This document shows positions 1 to 11,737 of a stretch of DNA of 64,000 bases, in pieces. Each line of letters starts with the position of its first letter. Position 1 is the first letter of the stretch. A program made the translations under genes and the position numbers. Location: the NCBI RefSeq assembly GCF_013122565.1, contig NZ_CP053258.1; one strand, written 5' to 3'. This DNA comes from Escherichia coli (lineage in GTDB: Bacteria > Pseudomonadota > Gammaproteobacteria > Enterobacterales > Enterobacteriaceae). The notes beneath the pieces were generated by a model, which made no database searches, was not told the DNA's origin, and saw nothing but the letters and a program-made list of their open reading frames with translations.

Positions 1-86
1 AAAGCGAAACGTCACCGGTCGATCTGTGCGTGATTGGCATCGTCGATGAGGTGGTGTCTGGCGGTCAGGTAATTTTCCACAAATAA
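1..86 (+). CDS. eutN: EutN, ethanolamine-utilisation microcompartment vertex protein (3' fragment; gene starts upstream of window)
   Basis: Open frame ending in ...VIGIVDEVVSGGQVIFHK* with stop at 84-86, directly upstream of eutE; matches recalled EutN C-terminus. Confidence 0.7.
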   Translation, partial: SETSPVDLCVIGIVDEVVSGGQVIFHK

Positions 87-97
87 GGCAGAACATC

Positions 98-1501
98 ATG
101 AATCAACAGGATATTGAACAGGTGGTGAAAGCGGTACTGCTGAAAATGCAAAGCAGTGACACGCCGCCCGCCGCCGTTCATGAGATGGGCGTTTTCGCGT
201 CCCTGGATGACGCCGTTGCGGCAGCCAAAATTGCCCAGCAAGGGTTAAAGAGCGTGGCAATGCGCCAGTTAGCCATTGCTGCCATTCGTGAAGCAGGCGA
301 AAAACACGCCAGAGATTTAGCGGAACTTGCCGTCAGTGAAACCGGTATGGGCCGCGTTGAAGATAAATTTGCCAAAAACGTCGCTCAGGCGCGCGGCACG
401 CCAGGCGTTGAGTGCCTCTCTCCGCAGGTGCTGACCGGTGACAACGGCCTGACTTTAATTGAAAACGCGCCCTGGGGCGTGGTGGCTTCGGTAACGCCGT
501 CCACAAACCCGGCGGCAACCGTAATTAACAACGCCATCAGCCTGATTGCCGCGGGCAACAGCGTCATTTTTGCCCCGCATCCGGCGGCGAAAAAAGTCTC
601 CCAGCGGGCGATCACGCTGCTCAACCAGGCGATTGTTGTCGCAGGCGGGCCGGAAAACTTACTGGTTACTGTGGCAAATCCGGATATCGAAACCGCGCAA
701 CGTTTGTTCAAGTTTCCGGGCATCGGCCTTCTGGTGGTGACCGGCGGCGAAGCGGTAGTCGAAGCGGCGCGTAAACACACCAATAAACGTCTGATTGCCG
801 CAGGCGCTGGCAACCCGCCGGTAGTGGTGGATGAAACCGCTGACCTCGCCCGTGCTGCTCAGTCCATCGTCAAAGGCGCGTCTTTCGATAACAACATCAT
901 TTGTGCCGACGAAAAGGTACTGATTGTTGTTGATAGCGTAGCCGATGAACTGATGCGTCTGATGGAAGGCCAGCACGCGGTGAAACTGACCGCCGAGCAG
1001 GCGCAGCAGCTGCAACCGGTGTTGCTGAAAAATATCGACGAGCGCGGAAAAGGTACCGTCAGCCGTGACTGGGTTGGTCGCGATGCGGCGAAAATCGCGG
1101 CGGCAATCGGCCTGAACGTGCCGCAAGAAACGCGTTTGCTGTTTGTGGAAACCACCGCAGAACATCCGTTTGCTGTGACTGAACTGATGATGCCGGTGCT
1201 GCCCGTCGTGCGCGTCGCCAACGTGGCGGATGCCATTGCGCTGGCGGTGAAACTGGAGGGCGGTTGCCACCACACGGCGGCAATGCACTCGCGCAACATC
1301 GAAAACATGAACCAGATGGCGAACGCCATTGATACCAGCATTTTCGTTAAGAACGGACCGTGCATTGCCGGGCTGGGGCTGGGCGGGGAAGGCTGGACCA
1401 CCATGACCATCACCACGCCAACCGGTGAAGGGGTAACCAGCGCGCGGACGTTTGTCCGTCTGCGTCGCTGTGTATTAGTCGATGCGTTTCGCATTGTTTA
1501 A
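98..1501 (+). CDS. eutE: Acetaldehyde dehydrogenase (acetylating) EutE
   Basis: 467-aa ORF, aldehyde dehydrogenase-like sequence; position and sequence match recalled E. coli EutE. Confidence 0.93.
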   Translation: MNQQDIEQVVKAVLLKMQSSDTPPAAVHEMGVFASLDDAVAAAKIAQQGLKSVAMRQLAIAAIREAGEKHARDLAELAVSETGMGRVEDKFAKNVAQARGTPGVECLSPQVLTGDNGLTLIENAPWGVVASVTPSTNPAATVINNAISLIAAGNSVIFAPHPAAKKVSQRAITLLNQAIVVAGGPENLLVTVANPDIETAQRLFKFPGIGLLVVTGGEAVVEAARKHTNKRLIAAGAGNPPVVVDETADLARAAQSIVKGASFDNNIICADEKVLIVVDSVADELMRLMEGQHAVKLTAEQAQQLQPVLLKNIDERGKGTVSRDWVGRDAAKIAAAIGLNVPQETRLLFVETTAEHPFAVTELMMPVLPVVRVANVADAIALAVKLEGGCHHTAAMHSRNIENMNQMANAIDTSIFVKNGPCIAGLGLGGEGWTTMTITTPTGEGVTSARTFVRLRRCVLVDAFRIV

Positions 1502-1511
1502 GGAGTAACCG

Positions 1512-2348
1512 ATGGCGCATGACGAACAATGGCTCACCCCACGTCTGCACATAGCGGCAACGCTGTGTAACCAGACGCCCGCCGCGACGGAATCCCCGCT
1601 GTGGCTGGGGGTGGATCTGGGCACCTGCGATGTGGTGTCGATGGTTGTCGACCACGACGGTCAGCCGGTGGCGGTATGCCTCGACTGGGCCGATGTGGTC
1701 CGCGACGGCATCGTCTGGGATTTCTTCGGTGCGGTCACCATTGTTCGTCGCCATCTCGACACCCTTGAGCAGCAATTCGGTCGCCGTTTTAGCCATGCGG
1801 CGACTTCATTTCCTCCGGGTACGGACCCGCGTATTTCCATCAACGTGCTGGAATCAGCCGGACTGGAAGTGAGCCATGTGCTGGATGAGCCAACCGCAGT
1901 CGCGGATCTGCTGCAACTGGATAACGCCGGTGTAGTGGATATCGGCGGCGGCACCACCGGCATTGCCATCGTGAAAAAGGGCAAGGTGACGTACTCGGCG
2001 GATGAAGCCACTGGCGGACATCACATCTCTCTGACTCTCGCCGGAAATCGTCGTATTTCGCTGGAAGAGGCGGAGCAGTACAAGCGCGGTCATGGTGAAG
2101 AGATTTGGCCCGCGGTGAAACCGGTGTACGAAAAAATGGCGGACATTGTCGCCCGGCATATTGAAGGGCAGGGCATTACTGATTTATGGCTGGCGGGCGG
2201 CTCCTGTATGCAACCGGGCGTGGCGGAACTGTTTAGCAAACAATTCCCGGCATTACAGGTGCATTTACCGCAGCACAGTTTGTTTATGACCCCGCTGGCG
2301 ATCGCCAGTAGTGGGCGAGAGAAAGCGGAGGGGATCTATGCAAAATGA
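1512..2348 (+). CDS. eutJ: Ethanolamine utilisation protein EutJ (Hsp70/actin-fold chaperone-like)
   Basis: 278-aa ORF, DIGGGTTG ATPase-fold motif; eut operon synteny. Confidence 0.92.
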   Translation: MAHDEQWLTPRLHIAATLCNQTPAATESPLWLGVDLGTCDVVSMVVDHDGQPVAVCLDWADVVRDGIVWDFFGAVTIVRRHLDTLEQQFGRRFSHAATSFPPGTDPRISINVLESAGLEVSHVLDEPTAVADLLQLDNAGVVDIGGGTTGIAIVKKGKVTYSADEATGGHHISLTLAGNRRISLEEAEQYKRGHGEEIWPAVKPVYEKMADIVARHIEGQGITDLWLAGGSCMQPGVAELFSKQFPALQVHLPQHSLFMTPLAIASSGREKAEGIYAK

Positions 2349-3525
2349 ATTGCAGACCGCGCTCTTTCAGGCGTTCGATACCCTGAATCTGCAACGGGTA
2401 AAAACATTTAGCGTTCCACCGATGACGCTTTGCGGTCCGGGCGCGGTGAGCAGTTGTGGGCAGCAAGCGCAAACGCGTGGGCTGAAACATCTGTTCGTGA
2501 TGGCAGACAGCTTTTTGCATCAGGCGGGGATGACCGCCGGGCTGACGCGCAGCCTGGCCGTTAAAGGTATCGCCATGACGCTCTGGCCATGTCCGGTGGG
2601 CGAACCATGCATCACCGACGTATGTGCAGCCGTGGCGCAGCTGCGTGAATCAGGCTGTGACGGGGTGATCGCGTTTGGCGGCGGCTCGGTGCTGGATGCG
2701 GCGAAAGCCGTGGCGTTGCTGGTGACGAACCCCGATAGCACGCTGGCGGAAATGTCAGAAACCAGCGTTCTGCAACCGCGCCTGCCGTTGATTGCCATTC
2801 CAACGACCGCCGGAACCGGCTCTGAAACCACCAACGTAACGGTGATTATCGACGCGGTGAGCGAGCGCAAGCAGGTGTTAGCCCATGCCTCGCTGATGCC
2901 GGATGTGGCGATCCTCGACGCCGCATTGACCGAAGGTGTGCCGTCGCATGTCACGGCGATGACCGGTATCGACGCGTTAACTCATGCCATTGAAGCGTAC
3001 AGCGCGCTGAACGCCACACCGTTTACCGACAGTCTGGCGATTGGCGCTATTGCGATGATTGGCAAATCGCTGCCGAAAGCGGTGGGCTACGGTCACGACC
3101 TTGCCGCGCGCGAGAGCATGTTGCTGGCTTCATGTATGGCGGGAATGGCGTTTTCCAGTGCGGGGCTTGGGGTATGCCACGCGATGGCGCATCAGCCGGG
3201 GGCGGCGCTGCATATTCCGCACGGTCTGGCGAACGCCATGCTACTGCCAACGGTGATGGAGTTTAACCGGATGGTCTGTCGCGAACGCTTTAGTCAGATT
3301 GGTCGGGCACTGCGAACTAAAAAATCCGACGATCGTGACGCTATTAACGCGGTAAGTGAGTTGATTGCGGAGGTCGGGATCAACAAGCGGCTGGCAGACG
3401 TGGGCGCAACCACCGGACATTACGGCGCATGGGCGCAGGCCGCGCTGGAAGATATTTGTCTGCGCAGCAACCCGCGTACCGCCAGCCTGGAACAGATTGT
3501 CGGCCTGTACGCAGCGGCGCAATAA
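2338..3525 (+). CDS. eutG: Iron-containing alcohol dehydrogenase EutG
   Basis: Track ORF 2311-3525 trimmed to ATG at 2338 (MQNELQTALF...), giving 395 aa as recalled for EutG; overlaps eutJ 3' end by 11 nt. Confidence 0.9.
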   Translation: MQNELQTALFQAFDTLNLQRVKTFSVPPMTLCGPGAVSSCGQQAQTRGLKHLFVMADSFLHQAGMTAGLTRSLAVKGIAMTLWPCPVGEPCITDVCAAVAQLRESGCDGVIAFGGGSVLDAAKAVALLVTNPDSTLAEMSETSVLQPRLPLIAIPTTAGTGSETTNVTVIIDAVSERKQVLAHASLMPDVAILDAALTEGVPSHVTAMTGIDALTHAIEAYSALNATPFTDSLAIGAIAMIGKSLPKAVGYGHDLAARESMLLASCMAGMAFSSAGLGVCHAMAHQPGAALHIPHGLANAMLLPTVMEFNRMVCRERFSQIGRALRTKKSDDRDAINAVSELIAEVGINKRLADVGATTGHYGAWAQAALEDICLRSNPRTASLEQIVGLYAAAQ

Positions 3526-3527
3526 AT

Positions 3528-3611
<84 letters not shown>

Positions 3612-3641
3612 ATAAATAACAACTAACAGGGAGTAAAGGCG

Positions 3642-4868
3642 ATGGGAATTAACGAAATCATCATGTACATCATGATGTTCTTTATGCTGATAGCTGCCGT
3701 AGACAGGATCCTGTCGCAGTTCGGCGGTTCTGCTCGTTTCCTCGGTAAGTTCGGTAAAAGTATCGAAGGATCAGGCGGTCAGTTCGAAGAAGGCTTTATG
3801 GCAATGGGCGCTCTGGGTCTGGCGATGGTCGGTATGACCGCGCTGGCACCGGTACTGGCTCACGTACTCGGGCCGGTAATTATCCCGGTTTACGAAATGC
3901 TCGGCGCAAACCCGTCAATGTTCGCCGGAACGCTGCTGGCGTGCGATATGGGCGGCTTCTTCCTCGCCAAAGAGCTGGCGGGCGGCGACGTAGCAGCGTG
4001 GCTATACTCTGGGTTAATTCTCGGGTCGATGATGGGGCCAACGATTGTGTTTTCCATTCCGGTGGCGCTCGGCATTATCGAACCTTCTGACCGTCGTTAT
4101 CTGGCGCTCGGCGTGCTGGCGGGCATTGTGACCATTCCGATTGGTTGTATCGCTGGTGGTCTGGTAGCTATGTACTCCGGTGTTCAGATCAACGGCCAGC
4201 CGGTGGAATTCACTTTCGCCCTGATCCTGATGAACATGATCCCGGTGATCATTGTTGCGATTCTGGTGGCGCTGGGGCTGAAATTCATCCCGGAAAAAAT
4301 GATCAACGGCTTCCAGATCTTCGCCAAATTCCTCGTTGCATTGATCACCCTCGGTCTTGCCGCTGCGGTAGTGAAATTCCTGCTTGGCTGGGAACTGATC
4401 CCCGGTCTGGATCCTATCTTTATGGCCCCTGGCGATAAACCCGGTGAGGTGATGCGCGCCATTGAAGTTATCGGTTCTATCTCCTGCGTGCTGTTAGGGG
4501 CGTATCCGATGGTGCTGCTGCTGACCCGTTGGTTTGAAAAACCGCTGATGAGCGTCGGTAAAGTGCTGAATATGAACAACATCGCGGCAGCCGGCATGGT
4601 GGCAACGCTTGCCAACAACATCCCGATGTTCGGCATGATGAAGCAGATGGATACCCGCGGCAAAGTCATCAACTGCGCCTTCGCCGTTTCCGCTGCTTTC
4701 GCCCTGGGCGACCACTTAGGCTTCGCCGCTGCCAACATGAACGCCATGATTTTCCCGATGATTGTCGGCAAGTTGATCGGCGGCGTAACGGCGATTGGCG
4801 TGGCGATGATGCTGGTGCCAAAAGAAGACGCGACCGCGGCTAAAACCGAAGCGGAGGCACAATCGTGA
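3642..4868 (+). CDS. eutH: Ethanolamine permease EutH
   Basis: 408-aa highly hydrophobic polytopic membrane ORF; eut synteny. Confidence 0.93.
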   Translation: MGINEIIMYIMMFFMLIAAVDRILSQFGGSARFLGKFGKSIEGSGGQFEEGFMAMGALGLAMVGMTALAPVLAHVLGPVIIPVYEMLGANPSMFAGTLLACDMGGFFLAKELAGGDVAAWLYSGLILGSMMGPTIVFSIPVALGIIEPSDRRYLALGVLAGIVTIPIGCIAGGLVAMYSGVQINGQPVEFTFALILMNMIPVIIVAILVALGLKFIPEKMINGFQIFAKFLVALITLGLAAAVVKFLLGWELIPGLDPIFMAPGDKPGEVMRAIEVIGSISCVLLGAYPMVLLLTRWFEKPLMSVGKVLNMNNIAAAGMVATLANNIPMFGMMKQMDTRGKVINCAFAVSAAFALGDHLGFAAANMNAMIFPMIVGKLIGGVTAIGVAMMLVPKEDATAAKTEAEAQS

Positions 4869-6268
4869 ACACTCGCCAGCTACTGAGCGTCGGTATCGAT
4901 ATCGGCACTACCACCACCCAGGTGATCTTCTCCCACCTGGAGCTGGTTAACCGTGCGGCGGTGTCGCAGGTGCCGCGCTACGAATTCATCAAACGCGAAA
5001 TTAGCTGGCAAAGCCCGGTGTTCTTTACCCCTGTCGATAAACAGGGTGGTTTAAAAGAAGCGGAACTGAAAACCTTAATCCTCGAGCAATATCAGGCTGC
5101 GGGCATTGCGCCGGAAAGCGTTGATTCTGGTGCCATCATCATCACCGGTGAAAGCGCGAAAACCCGCAATGCTCGCCCGGCGGTGATGGCGCTCTCCCGG
5201 TCGCTGGGCGATTTTGTCGTCGCCAGCGCCGGGCCGCATCTCGAATCCGTGATCGCCGGTCACGGTGCCGGGGCGCAAACCCTTTCTGAACAACGGCTGT
5301 GTCGGGTCCTGAATATCGATATCGGCGGTGGCACCGCGAACTACGCCCTGTTCGATGCCGGAAAAATCAGCGGTACTGCCTGCCTCAACGTCGGCGGTCG
5401 CCTGCTGGAAACCGACAGCCAGGGGCGCGTGGTTTACGCTCATAAACCGGGGCAGATGATTGTGGATGAGTGCTTCGGCGCAGGCACCGACGCCCGTTCG
5501 CTGACCGGCGCGCAGCTGGTGCAGGTTACCCGGCGGATGGCAGAGCTGATTGTCGAAGTGATTGACGGAACGCTTTCGCCGCTCGCGCAGGCATTAATGC
5601 AAACCGGTTTGCTGCCCGCAGGTGTTACGCCCGAAATCATTACGCTTTCTGGCGGCGTGGGCGAATGTTATCGCCACCAGCCCGCCGACCCGTTCTGTTT
5701 TGCCGATATTGGCCCGCTGCTGGCAACGGCGCTGCATGACCATCCGCGCCTGCGTGAGATGAACGTGCAGTTTCCGGCGCAAACCGTGCGTGCCACGGTG
5801 ATTGGCGCGGGGGCACATACCCTTTCGCTCTCTGGCAGCACAATCTGGCTTGAGGGCGTACAACTGCCGCTGCGCAATTTGCCGGTGGCGATCCCGATTG
5901 ATGAAACGGATCTGGTGGGTGCCTGGCAACAGGCGCTGATTCAGCTGGATCTTGATCCCAAAACTGACGCGTACGTGCTGGCGCTTCCCGCCTCGCTGCC
6001 TGTGCGTTACGCCGCGGTACTGACGGTCATCAACGCGTTGGTCGATTTCGTCGCGCGTTTTCCGAATCCGCATCCCCTGCTGGTGGTGGCCGGGCAGGAC
6101 TTTGGTAAAGCTCTGGGCATGTTGTTGCGCCCACAGCTACAACAACTCCCGTTGGCAGTCATTGACGAAGTGATTGTCCGCGCGGGGGACTATATCGACA
6201 TTGGTACGCCTCTTTTTGGCGGATCGGTTGTGCCGGTGACGGTGAAATCACTCGCATTTCCTTCCTGA
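4865..6268 (+). CDS. eutA: Ethanolamine ammonia-lyase reactivase EutA
   Basis: 467-aa ORF; GTG start overlapping eutH stop (GTGA); eut synteny. Confidence 0.92.
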   Translation: MNTRQLLSVGIDIGTTTTQVIFSHLELVNRAAVSQVPRYEFIKREISWQSPVFFTPVDKQGGLKEAELKTLILEQYQAAGIAPESVDSGAIIITGESAKTRNARPAVMALSRSLGDFVVASAGPHLESVIAGHGAGAQTLSEQRLCRVLNIDIGGGTANYALFDAGKISGTACLNVGGRLLETDSQGRVVYAHKPGQMIVDECFGAGTDARSLTGAQLVQVTRRMAELIVEVIDGTLSPLAQALMQTGLLPAGVTPEIITLSGGVGECYRHQPADPFCFADIGPLLATALHDHPRLREMNVQFPAQTVRATVIGAGAHTLSLSGSTIWLEGVQLPLRNLPVAIPIDETDLVGAWQQALIQLDLDPKTDAYVLALPASLPVRYAAVLTVINALVDFVARFPNPHPLLVVAGQDFGKALGMLLRPQLQQLPLAVIDEVIVRAGDYIDIGTPLFGGSVVPVTVKSLAFPS

Positions 6269-6279
6269 GGGAACGACTT

Positions 6280-7641
6280 ATGAAACTAAAGACCACATTG
6301 TTCGGCAATGTATATCAGTTTAAGGATGTAAAAGAGGTGCTGGCTAAAGCCAACGAACTGCGTTCGGGGGATGTGCTGGCGGGCGTCGCAGCGGCAAGCT
6401 CACAGGAGCGCGTGGCGGCAAAGCAGGTGTTGTCGGAAATGACCGTAGCGGACATCCGCAATAATCCGGTGATTGCCTATGAAGATGACTGCGTGACGCG
6501 GCTGATTCAGGACGATGTTAACGAAACGGCCTACAACCAGATTAAAAACTGGAGCATCAGCGAACTGCGTGAGTATGTGCTGAGCGATGAAACCAGCGTG
6601 GACGACATTGCCTTTACCCGCAAAGGGCTGACCTCGGAAGTGGTCGCGGCGGTAGCGAAGATTTGCTCCAACGCGGACCTGATTTACGGCGCGAAGAAAA
6701 TGCCGGTAATCAAAAAGGCCAATACCACCATCGGTATTCCGGGCACCTTCAGCGCCCGTTTGCAGCCAAATGACACCCGTGACGACGTGCAAAGTATCGC
6801 CGCGCAAATCTACGAAGGGCTTTCCTTCGGGGTGGGCGATGCGGTGATCGGCGTTAACCCGGTGACTGACGACGTGGAAAACTTAAGCCGCGTGCTGGAC
6901 ACCATCTATGGCGTGATCGACAAATTCAACATCCCAACTCAGGGCTGCGTACTGGCGCACGTCACCACCCAGATCGAAGCGATTCGTCGCGGCGCGCCTG
7001 GCGGACTGATTTTCCAGAGTATCTGTGGCAGCGAAAAAGGGCTGAAAGAGTTTGGCGTGGAACTGGCGATGCTCGACGAAGCGCGCGCAGTGGGTGCAGA
7101 GTTCAACCGTATCGCCGGGGAAAACTGCCTCTACTTCGAAACCGGACAAGGTTCAGCGCTATCCGCTGGCGCTAACTTCGGCGCAGACCAGGTGACGATG
7201 GAAGCACGTAACTATGGGCTGGCGCGTCATTACGATCCGTTTATCGTCAACACCGTGGTCGGCTTTATTGGGCCGGAGTATCTCTACAACGACCGCCAGA
7301 TTATCCGTGCGGGCTTAGAAGATCACTTTATGGGCAAGCTGAGCGGCATCTCTATGGGCTGTGACTGCTGTTACACCAACCACGCTGACGCTGACCAGAA
7401 CCTCAACGAAAACCTGATGATCCTGCTCGCCACCGCAGGCTGCAACTACATCATGGGGATGCCGCTGGGTGATGACATCATGCTCAACTACCAGACCACC
7501 GCATTCCACGATACCGCCACTGTGCGTCAGTTACTCAACCTGCGCCCGTCACCGGAGTTTGAACGCTGGCTGGAAAGCATGGGCATTATGGCAAACGGTC
7601 GCCTGACCAAACGGGCGGGCGATCCGTCACTGTTCTTCTGA
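6280..7641 (+). CDS. eutB: Ethanolamine ammonia-lyase heavy chain EutB
   Basis: 453-aa ORF immediately downstream of eutA; sequence matches recalled EutB. Confidence 0.95.
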   Translation: MKLKTTLFGNVYQFKDVKEVLAKANELRSGDVLAGVAAASSQERVAAKQVLSEMTVADIRNNPVIAYEDDCVTRLIQDDVNETAYNQIKNWSISELREYVLSDETSVDDIAFTRKGLTSEVVAAVAKICSNADLIYGAKKMPVIKKANTTIGIPGTFSARLQPNDTRDDVQSIAAQIYEGLSFGVGDAVIGVNPVTDDVENLSRVLDTIYGVIDKFNIPTQGCVLAHVTTQIEAIRRGAPGGLIFQSICGSEKGLKEFGVELAMLDEARAVGAEFNRIAGENCLYFETGQGSALSAGANFGADQVTMEARNYGLARHYDPFIVNTVVGFIGPEYLYNDRQIIRAGLEDHFMGKLSGISMGCDCCYTNHADADQNLNENLMILLATAGCNYIMGMPLGDDIMLNYQTTAFHDTATVRQLLNLRPSPEFERWLESMGIMANGRLTKRAGDPSLFF

Positions 7642-7661
7642 TGACGCGGAGATAACACATC

Positions 7662-8549
7662 ATGGATCAAAAACAGATTGAAGAAATTGTACGCAGCGTG
7701 ATGGCGTCAATGGGACAAGCGGCCCCCGCGCCGTCAGAAGCAAAGTGCGCCACTACCACCTGTGCGGCACCGGTGACCTCGGAAAGCTGCGCGCTGGATT
7801 TAGGTTCTGCGGAAGCAAAAGCGTGGATTGGTGTTGAAAACCCGCATCGCGCAGACGTATTAACAGAACTGCGCCGCAGCACCGTGGCCCGCGTTTGTAC
7901 CGGTCGTGCCGGTCCGCGTCCGCGTACCCAGGCGTTGCTGCGTTTCCTGGCCGATCACTCTCGTTCGAAAGATACCGTACTTAAAGAAGTGCCGGAAGAG
8001 TGGGTGAAAGCGCAGGGCTTGCTGGAAGTCCGCTCCGAAATTAGCGACAAAAATCTCTACCTGACTCGCCCGGATATGGGCCGCCGCCTGTGTGCAGAAG
8101 CTGTTGAAGCGCTGAAAGCACAGTGTGTTGCTAATCCGGACGTACAGGTCGTTATTTCTGATGGCCTGTCAACTGATGCCATCACCGTGAACTACGAAGA
8201 GATCCTGCCGCCGCTGATGGCGGGCCTGAAACAGGCCGGGCTGAAAGTCGGTACACCATTCTTTGTTCGTTATGGTCGCGTGAAGATTGAAGATCAGATC
8301 GGTGAGATCCTCGGCGCGAAAGTAGTGATCCTGCTGGTGGGCGAACGTCCGGGGTTGGGTCAGTCAGAAAGCCTCTCCTGCTACGCCGTTTACTCGCCGC
8401 GTATGGCGACCACCGTTGAGGCCGATCGCACCTGTATCTCTAACATTCACCAGGGCGGCACGCCGCCGGTTGAAGCCGCAGCCGTCATTGTGGATTTGGC
8501 GAAACGTATGCTGGAGCAGAAAGCATCCGGCATCAACATGACCCGATAA
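7662..8549 (+). CDS. eutC: Ethanolamine ammonia-lyase light chain EutC
   Basis: 295-aa ORF; eut synteny. Confidence 0.95.
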   Translation: MDQKQIEEIVRSVMASMGQAAPAPSEAKCATTTCAAPVTSESCALDLGSAEAKAWIGVENPHRADVLTELRRSTVARVCTGRAGPRPRTQALLRFLADHSRSKDTVLKEVPEEWVKAQGLLEVRSEISDKNLYLTRPDMGRRLCAEAVEALKAQCVANPDVQVVISDGLSTDAITVNYEEILPPLMAGLKQAGLKVGTPFFVRYGRVKIEDQIGEILGAKVVILLVGERPGLGQSESLSCYAVYSPRMATTVEADRTCISNIHQGGTPPVEAAAVIVDLAKRMLEQKASGINMTR

Positions 8550-8558
8550 GGAGGCATC

Positions 8559-9218
8559 ATGCCAGCTTTAGATTTGATTCGACCGTCTGTCACCGCTATG
8601 CGGGTGATTGCCTCCGTTAACGCCGATTTTGCGCGTGAACTGAAATTGCCGCCGCATATTCGTAGCCTCGGTCTGATTTCTGCTGATTCCGATGACGTCA
8701 CCTACATTGCCGCTGATGAAGCGACCAAGCAGGCGATGGTGGAAGTGGTGTATGGCCGCTCGCTGTATGCGGGCGCTGCACACGGCCCGTCACCGACTGC
8801 CGGTGAAGTGCTGATTATGCTTGGTGGGCCAAACCCGGCGGAAGTGCGTGCAGGTCTGGATGCGATGGTTGCGCATATTGAAAATGGCGCTGCTTTCCAG
8901 TGGGCTAATGATGCGCAAGATACGGCATTCCTGGCACATGTGGTTTCGCGTACCGGTTCTTATCTTTCATCAACCGCCGGGATCACGCTTGGCGATCCGA
9001 TGGCGTATCTGGTGGCACCGCCGCTGGAAGCGACCTACGGCATTGATGCAGCGTTGAAATCTGCCGACGTACAGCTGGTGACCTATGTCCCGCCACCGTC
9101 TGAAACTAACTACTCGGCAGCATTTTTAACCGGTAGCCAGGCAGCGTGTAAAGCGGCCTGTAACGCCTTTACCGATGCAGTGCTGGAAATCGCGCGTAAT
9201 CCAATCCAGCGTGCGTAA
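8559..9218 (+). CDS. eutL: Bacterial microcompartment shell protein EutL (tandem BMC domains)
   Basis: 219-aa ORF; eut synteny. Confidence 0.93.
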   Translation: MPALDLIRPSVTAMRVIASVNADFARELKLPPHIRSLGLISADSDDVTYIAADEATKQAMVEVVYGRSLYAGAAHGPSPTAGEVLIMLGGPNPAEVRAGLDAMVAHIENGAAFQWANDAQDTAFLAHVVSRTGSYLSSTAGITLGDPMAYLVAPPLEATYGIDAALKSADVQLVTYVPPPSETNYSAAFLTGSQAACKAACNAFTDAVLEIARNPIQRA

Positions 9219-9230
9219 TGGAGGTTGCCG

Positions 9231-9731
9231 ATGATCAATGCACTGGGATTGCTGGAAGTGGACGGCATGGTCGCTGCGATAGATGCAGCGGATGCCATGC
9301 TCAAAGCAGCTAACGTTCGTCTGCTCAGTCACGAAGTGCTTGACCCTGGTCGCTTAACGCTGGTGGTGGAAGGCGATCTGGCGGCGTGTCGTGCTGCGCT
9401 GGACGCAGGTTGTGCTGCCGCGATGCGTACCGGGCGTGTCATCAGCCGCAAGGAGATCGGTCGGCCAGACGATGACACCCAGTGGCTGGTTACTGGCTTT
9501 AACCGCCAGCCGAAGCAACCCGTAAAGGAACCCGACGCGCCAGTTATCGTCGCGGAATCTGCTGACGAGTTGTTGGCGCTGTTAACATCAGTACGTCAGG
9601 GAATGACGGCAGGAGAAGTGGCTGCCCACTTTGGCTGGCCGCTGGAAAAAGCCAGAAATGCGCTCGAACAGCTCTTTTCTGCAGGGACGTTACGTAAACG
9701 CAGTAGTCGTTATCGTCTCAAGCCCCATTAA
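9231..9731 (+). CDS. eutK: Bacterial microcompartment shell protein EutK
   Basis: BMC-domain N-terminus MINALGLLEVDGMVAAIDAADAM...; ATG at 9231 preferred over 9225 (GGAGG 8 nt upstream), giving 166 aa. Confidence 0.9.
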   Translation: MINALGLLEVDGMVAAIDAADAMLKAANVRLLSHEVLDPGRLTLVVEGDLAACRAALDAGCAAAMRTGRVISRKEIGRPDDDTQWLVTGFNRQPKQPVKEPDAPVIVAESADELLALLTSVRQGMTAGEVAAHFGWPLEKARNALEQLFSAGTLRKRSSRYRLKPH

Positions 9732-9776
9732 CCTGTCGGAGGTGCCGGGTGTCCTACAACACCCGGCATTAACATC

Positions 9777-10829
9777 ATGAAAAAGACCCGTACAGCCAAT
9801 TTGCACCATCTTTATCATGAACCCTTACCCGAAAACCTGAAGCTCACGCCGAAGGTCGAAGTGGATAATGTTCATCAACGACAGACAACGGATGTCTATG
9901 AACATGCTTTAACGATTACCGCCTGGCAGCAGATTTACGATCAGCTGCATCCGGGCAAGTTTCATGGTGAATTTACGGAAATTCTACTCGATGATATTCA
10001 GGTTTTTCGTGAATACACCGGTCTGGCGCTGCGTCAGTCGTGCCTGGTCTGGCCGAACTCGTTCTGGTTTGGCATTCCGGCGACGCGCGGTGAGCAGGGA
10101 TTTATCGGTTCGCAATGTCTGGGAAGCGCAGAAATAGCGACGCGCCCCGGTGGCACTGAGTTTGAATTAAGTACGCCGGACGATTACACGATCCTGGGCG
10201 TAGTGCTTTCTGAAGATGTCATCACCCGTCAGGCTAACTTTTTGCATAATCCGGATCGGGTATTACATATGCTGCGTAGCCAGTCGGCGCTGGAAGTGAA
10301 AGAGCAGCATAAAGCCGCGCTGTGGGGCTTTGTCCAACAGGCGCTGGCGACGTTTTGCGAGAACCCGGAAAATCTCCATCAGCCTGCAGTGCGAAAAGTG
10401 CTGGGGGATAATTTGCTCATGGCGATGGGGGCGATGCTGGAAGAAGCGCAACCAATGGTGACGGCGGAAAGCATCAGTCATCAGAGTTACCGTAGATTAC
10501 TTTCCCGCGCCCGTGAATATGTGCTGGAAAACATGTCCGAACCGGTGACGGTGCTGGATTTGTGTAATCAACTGCATGTCAGCCGCCGCACGCTACAAAA
10601 CGCGTTTCACGCTATTTTAGGCATTGGCCCGAACGCGTGGCTGAAACGCATTCGCCTGAACGCCGTACGCCGCGAACTGATAAGCCCGTGGTCGCAAAGC
10701 ACAACGGTAAAAGACGCCGCCATGCAGTGGGGATTCTGGCATCTGGGGCAATTTGCCACGGATTACCAGCAGCTGTTTTCCGAGAAGCCGTCGTTGACGT
10801 TGCATCAGCGGATGCGGGAATGGGGGTGA
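9777..10829 (+). CDS. eutR: AraC-family transcriptional activator of the eut operon, EutR
   Basis: 350-aa ORF with C-terminal AraC-type HTH; last gene of the eut cluster. Confidence 0.93.
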   Translation: MKKTRTANLHHLYHEPLPENLKLTPKVEVDNVHQRQTTDVYEHALTITAWQQIYDQLHPGKFHGEFTEILLDDIQVFREYTGLALRQSCLVWPNSFWFGIPATRGEQGFIGSQCLGSAEIATRPGGTEFELSTPDDYTILGVVLSEDVITRQANFLHNPDRVLHMLRSQSALEVKEQHKAALWGFVQQALATFCENPENLHQPAVRKVLGDNLLMAMGAMLEEAQPMVTAESISHQSYRRLLSRAREYVLENMSEPVTVLDLCNQLHVSRRTLQNAFHAILGIGPNAWLKRIRLNAVRRELISPWSQSTTVKDAAMQWGFWHLGQFATDYQQLFSEKPSLTLHQRMREWG

Positions 10830-10834
10830 GGGGG

Positions 10835-11737
<903 letters not shown>

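Noticed and set aside
659-1494. Long antisense ORFs inside eutE (659-1288 and 859-1494, minus strand)
   Set aside because: Fully embedded in a confidently assigned gene on the opposite strand; no RBS and no recognisable protein features. Similar antisense or out-of-frame ORFs throughout the track (for example inside cysA, ptsI, ligA, gltX, pdeA, nupC, glk) were rejected on the same basis.
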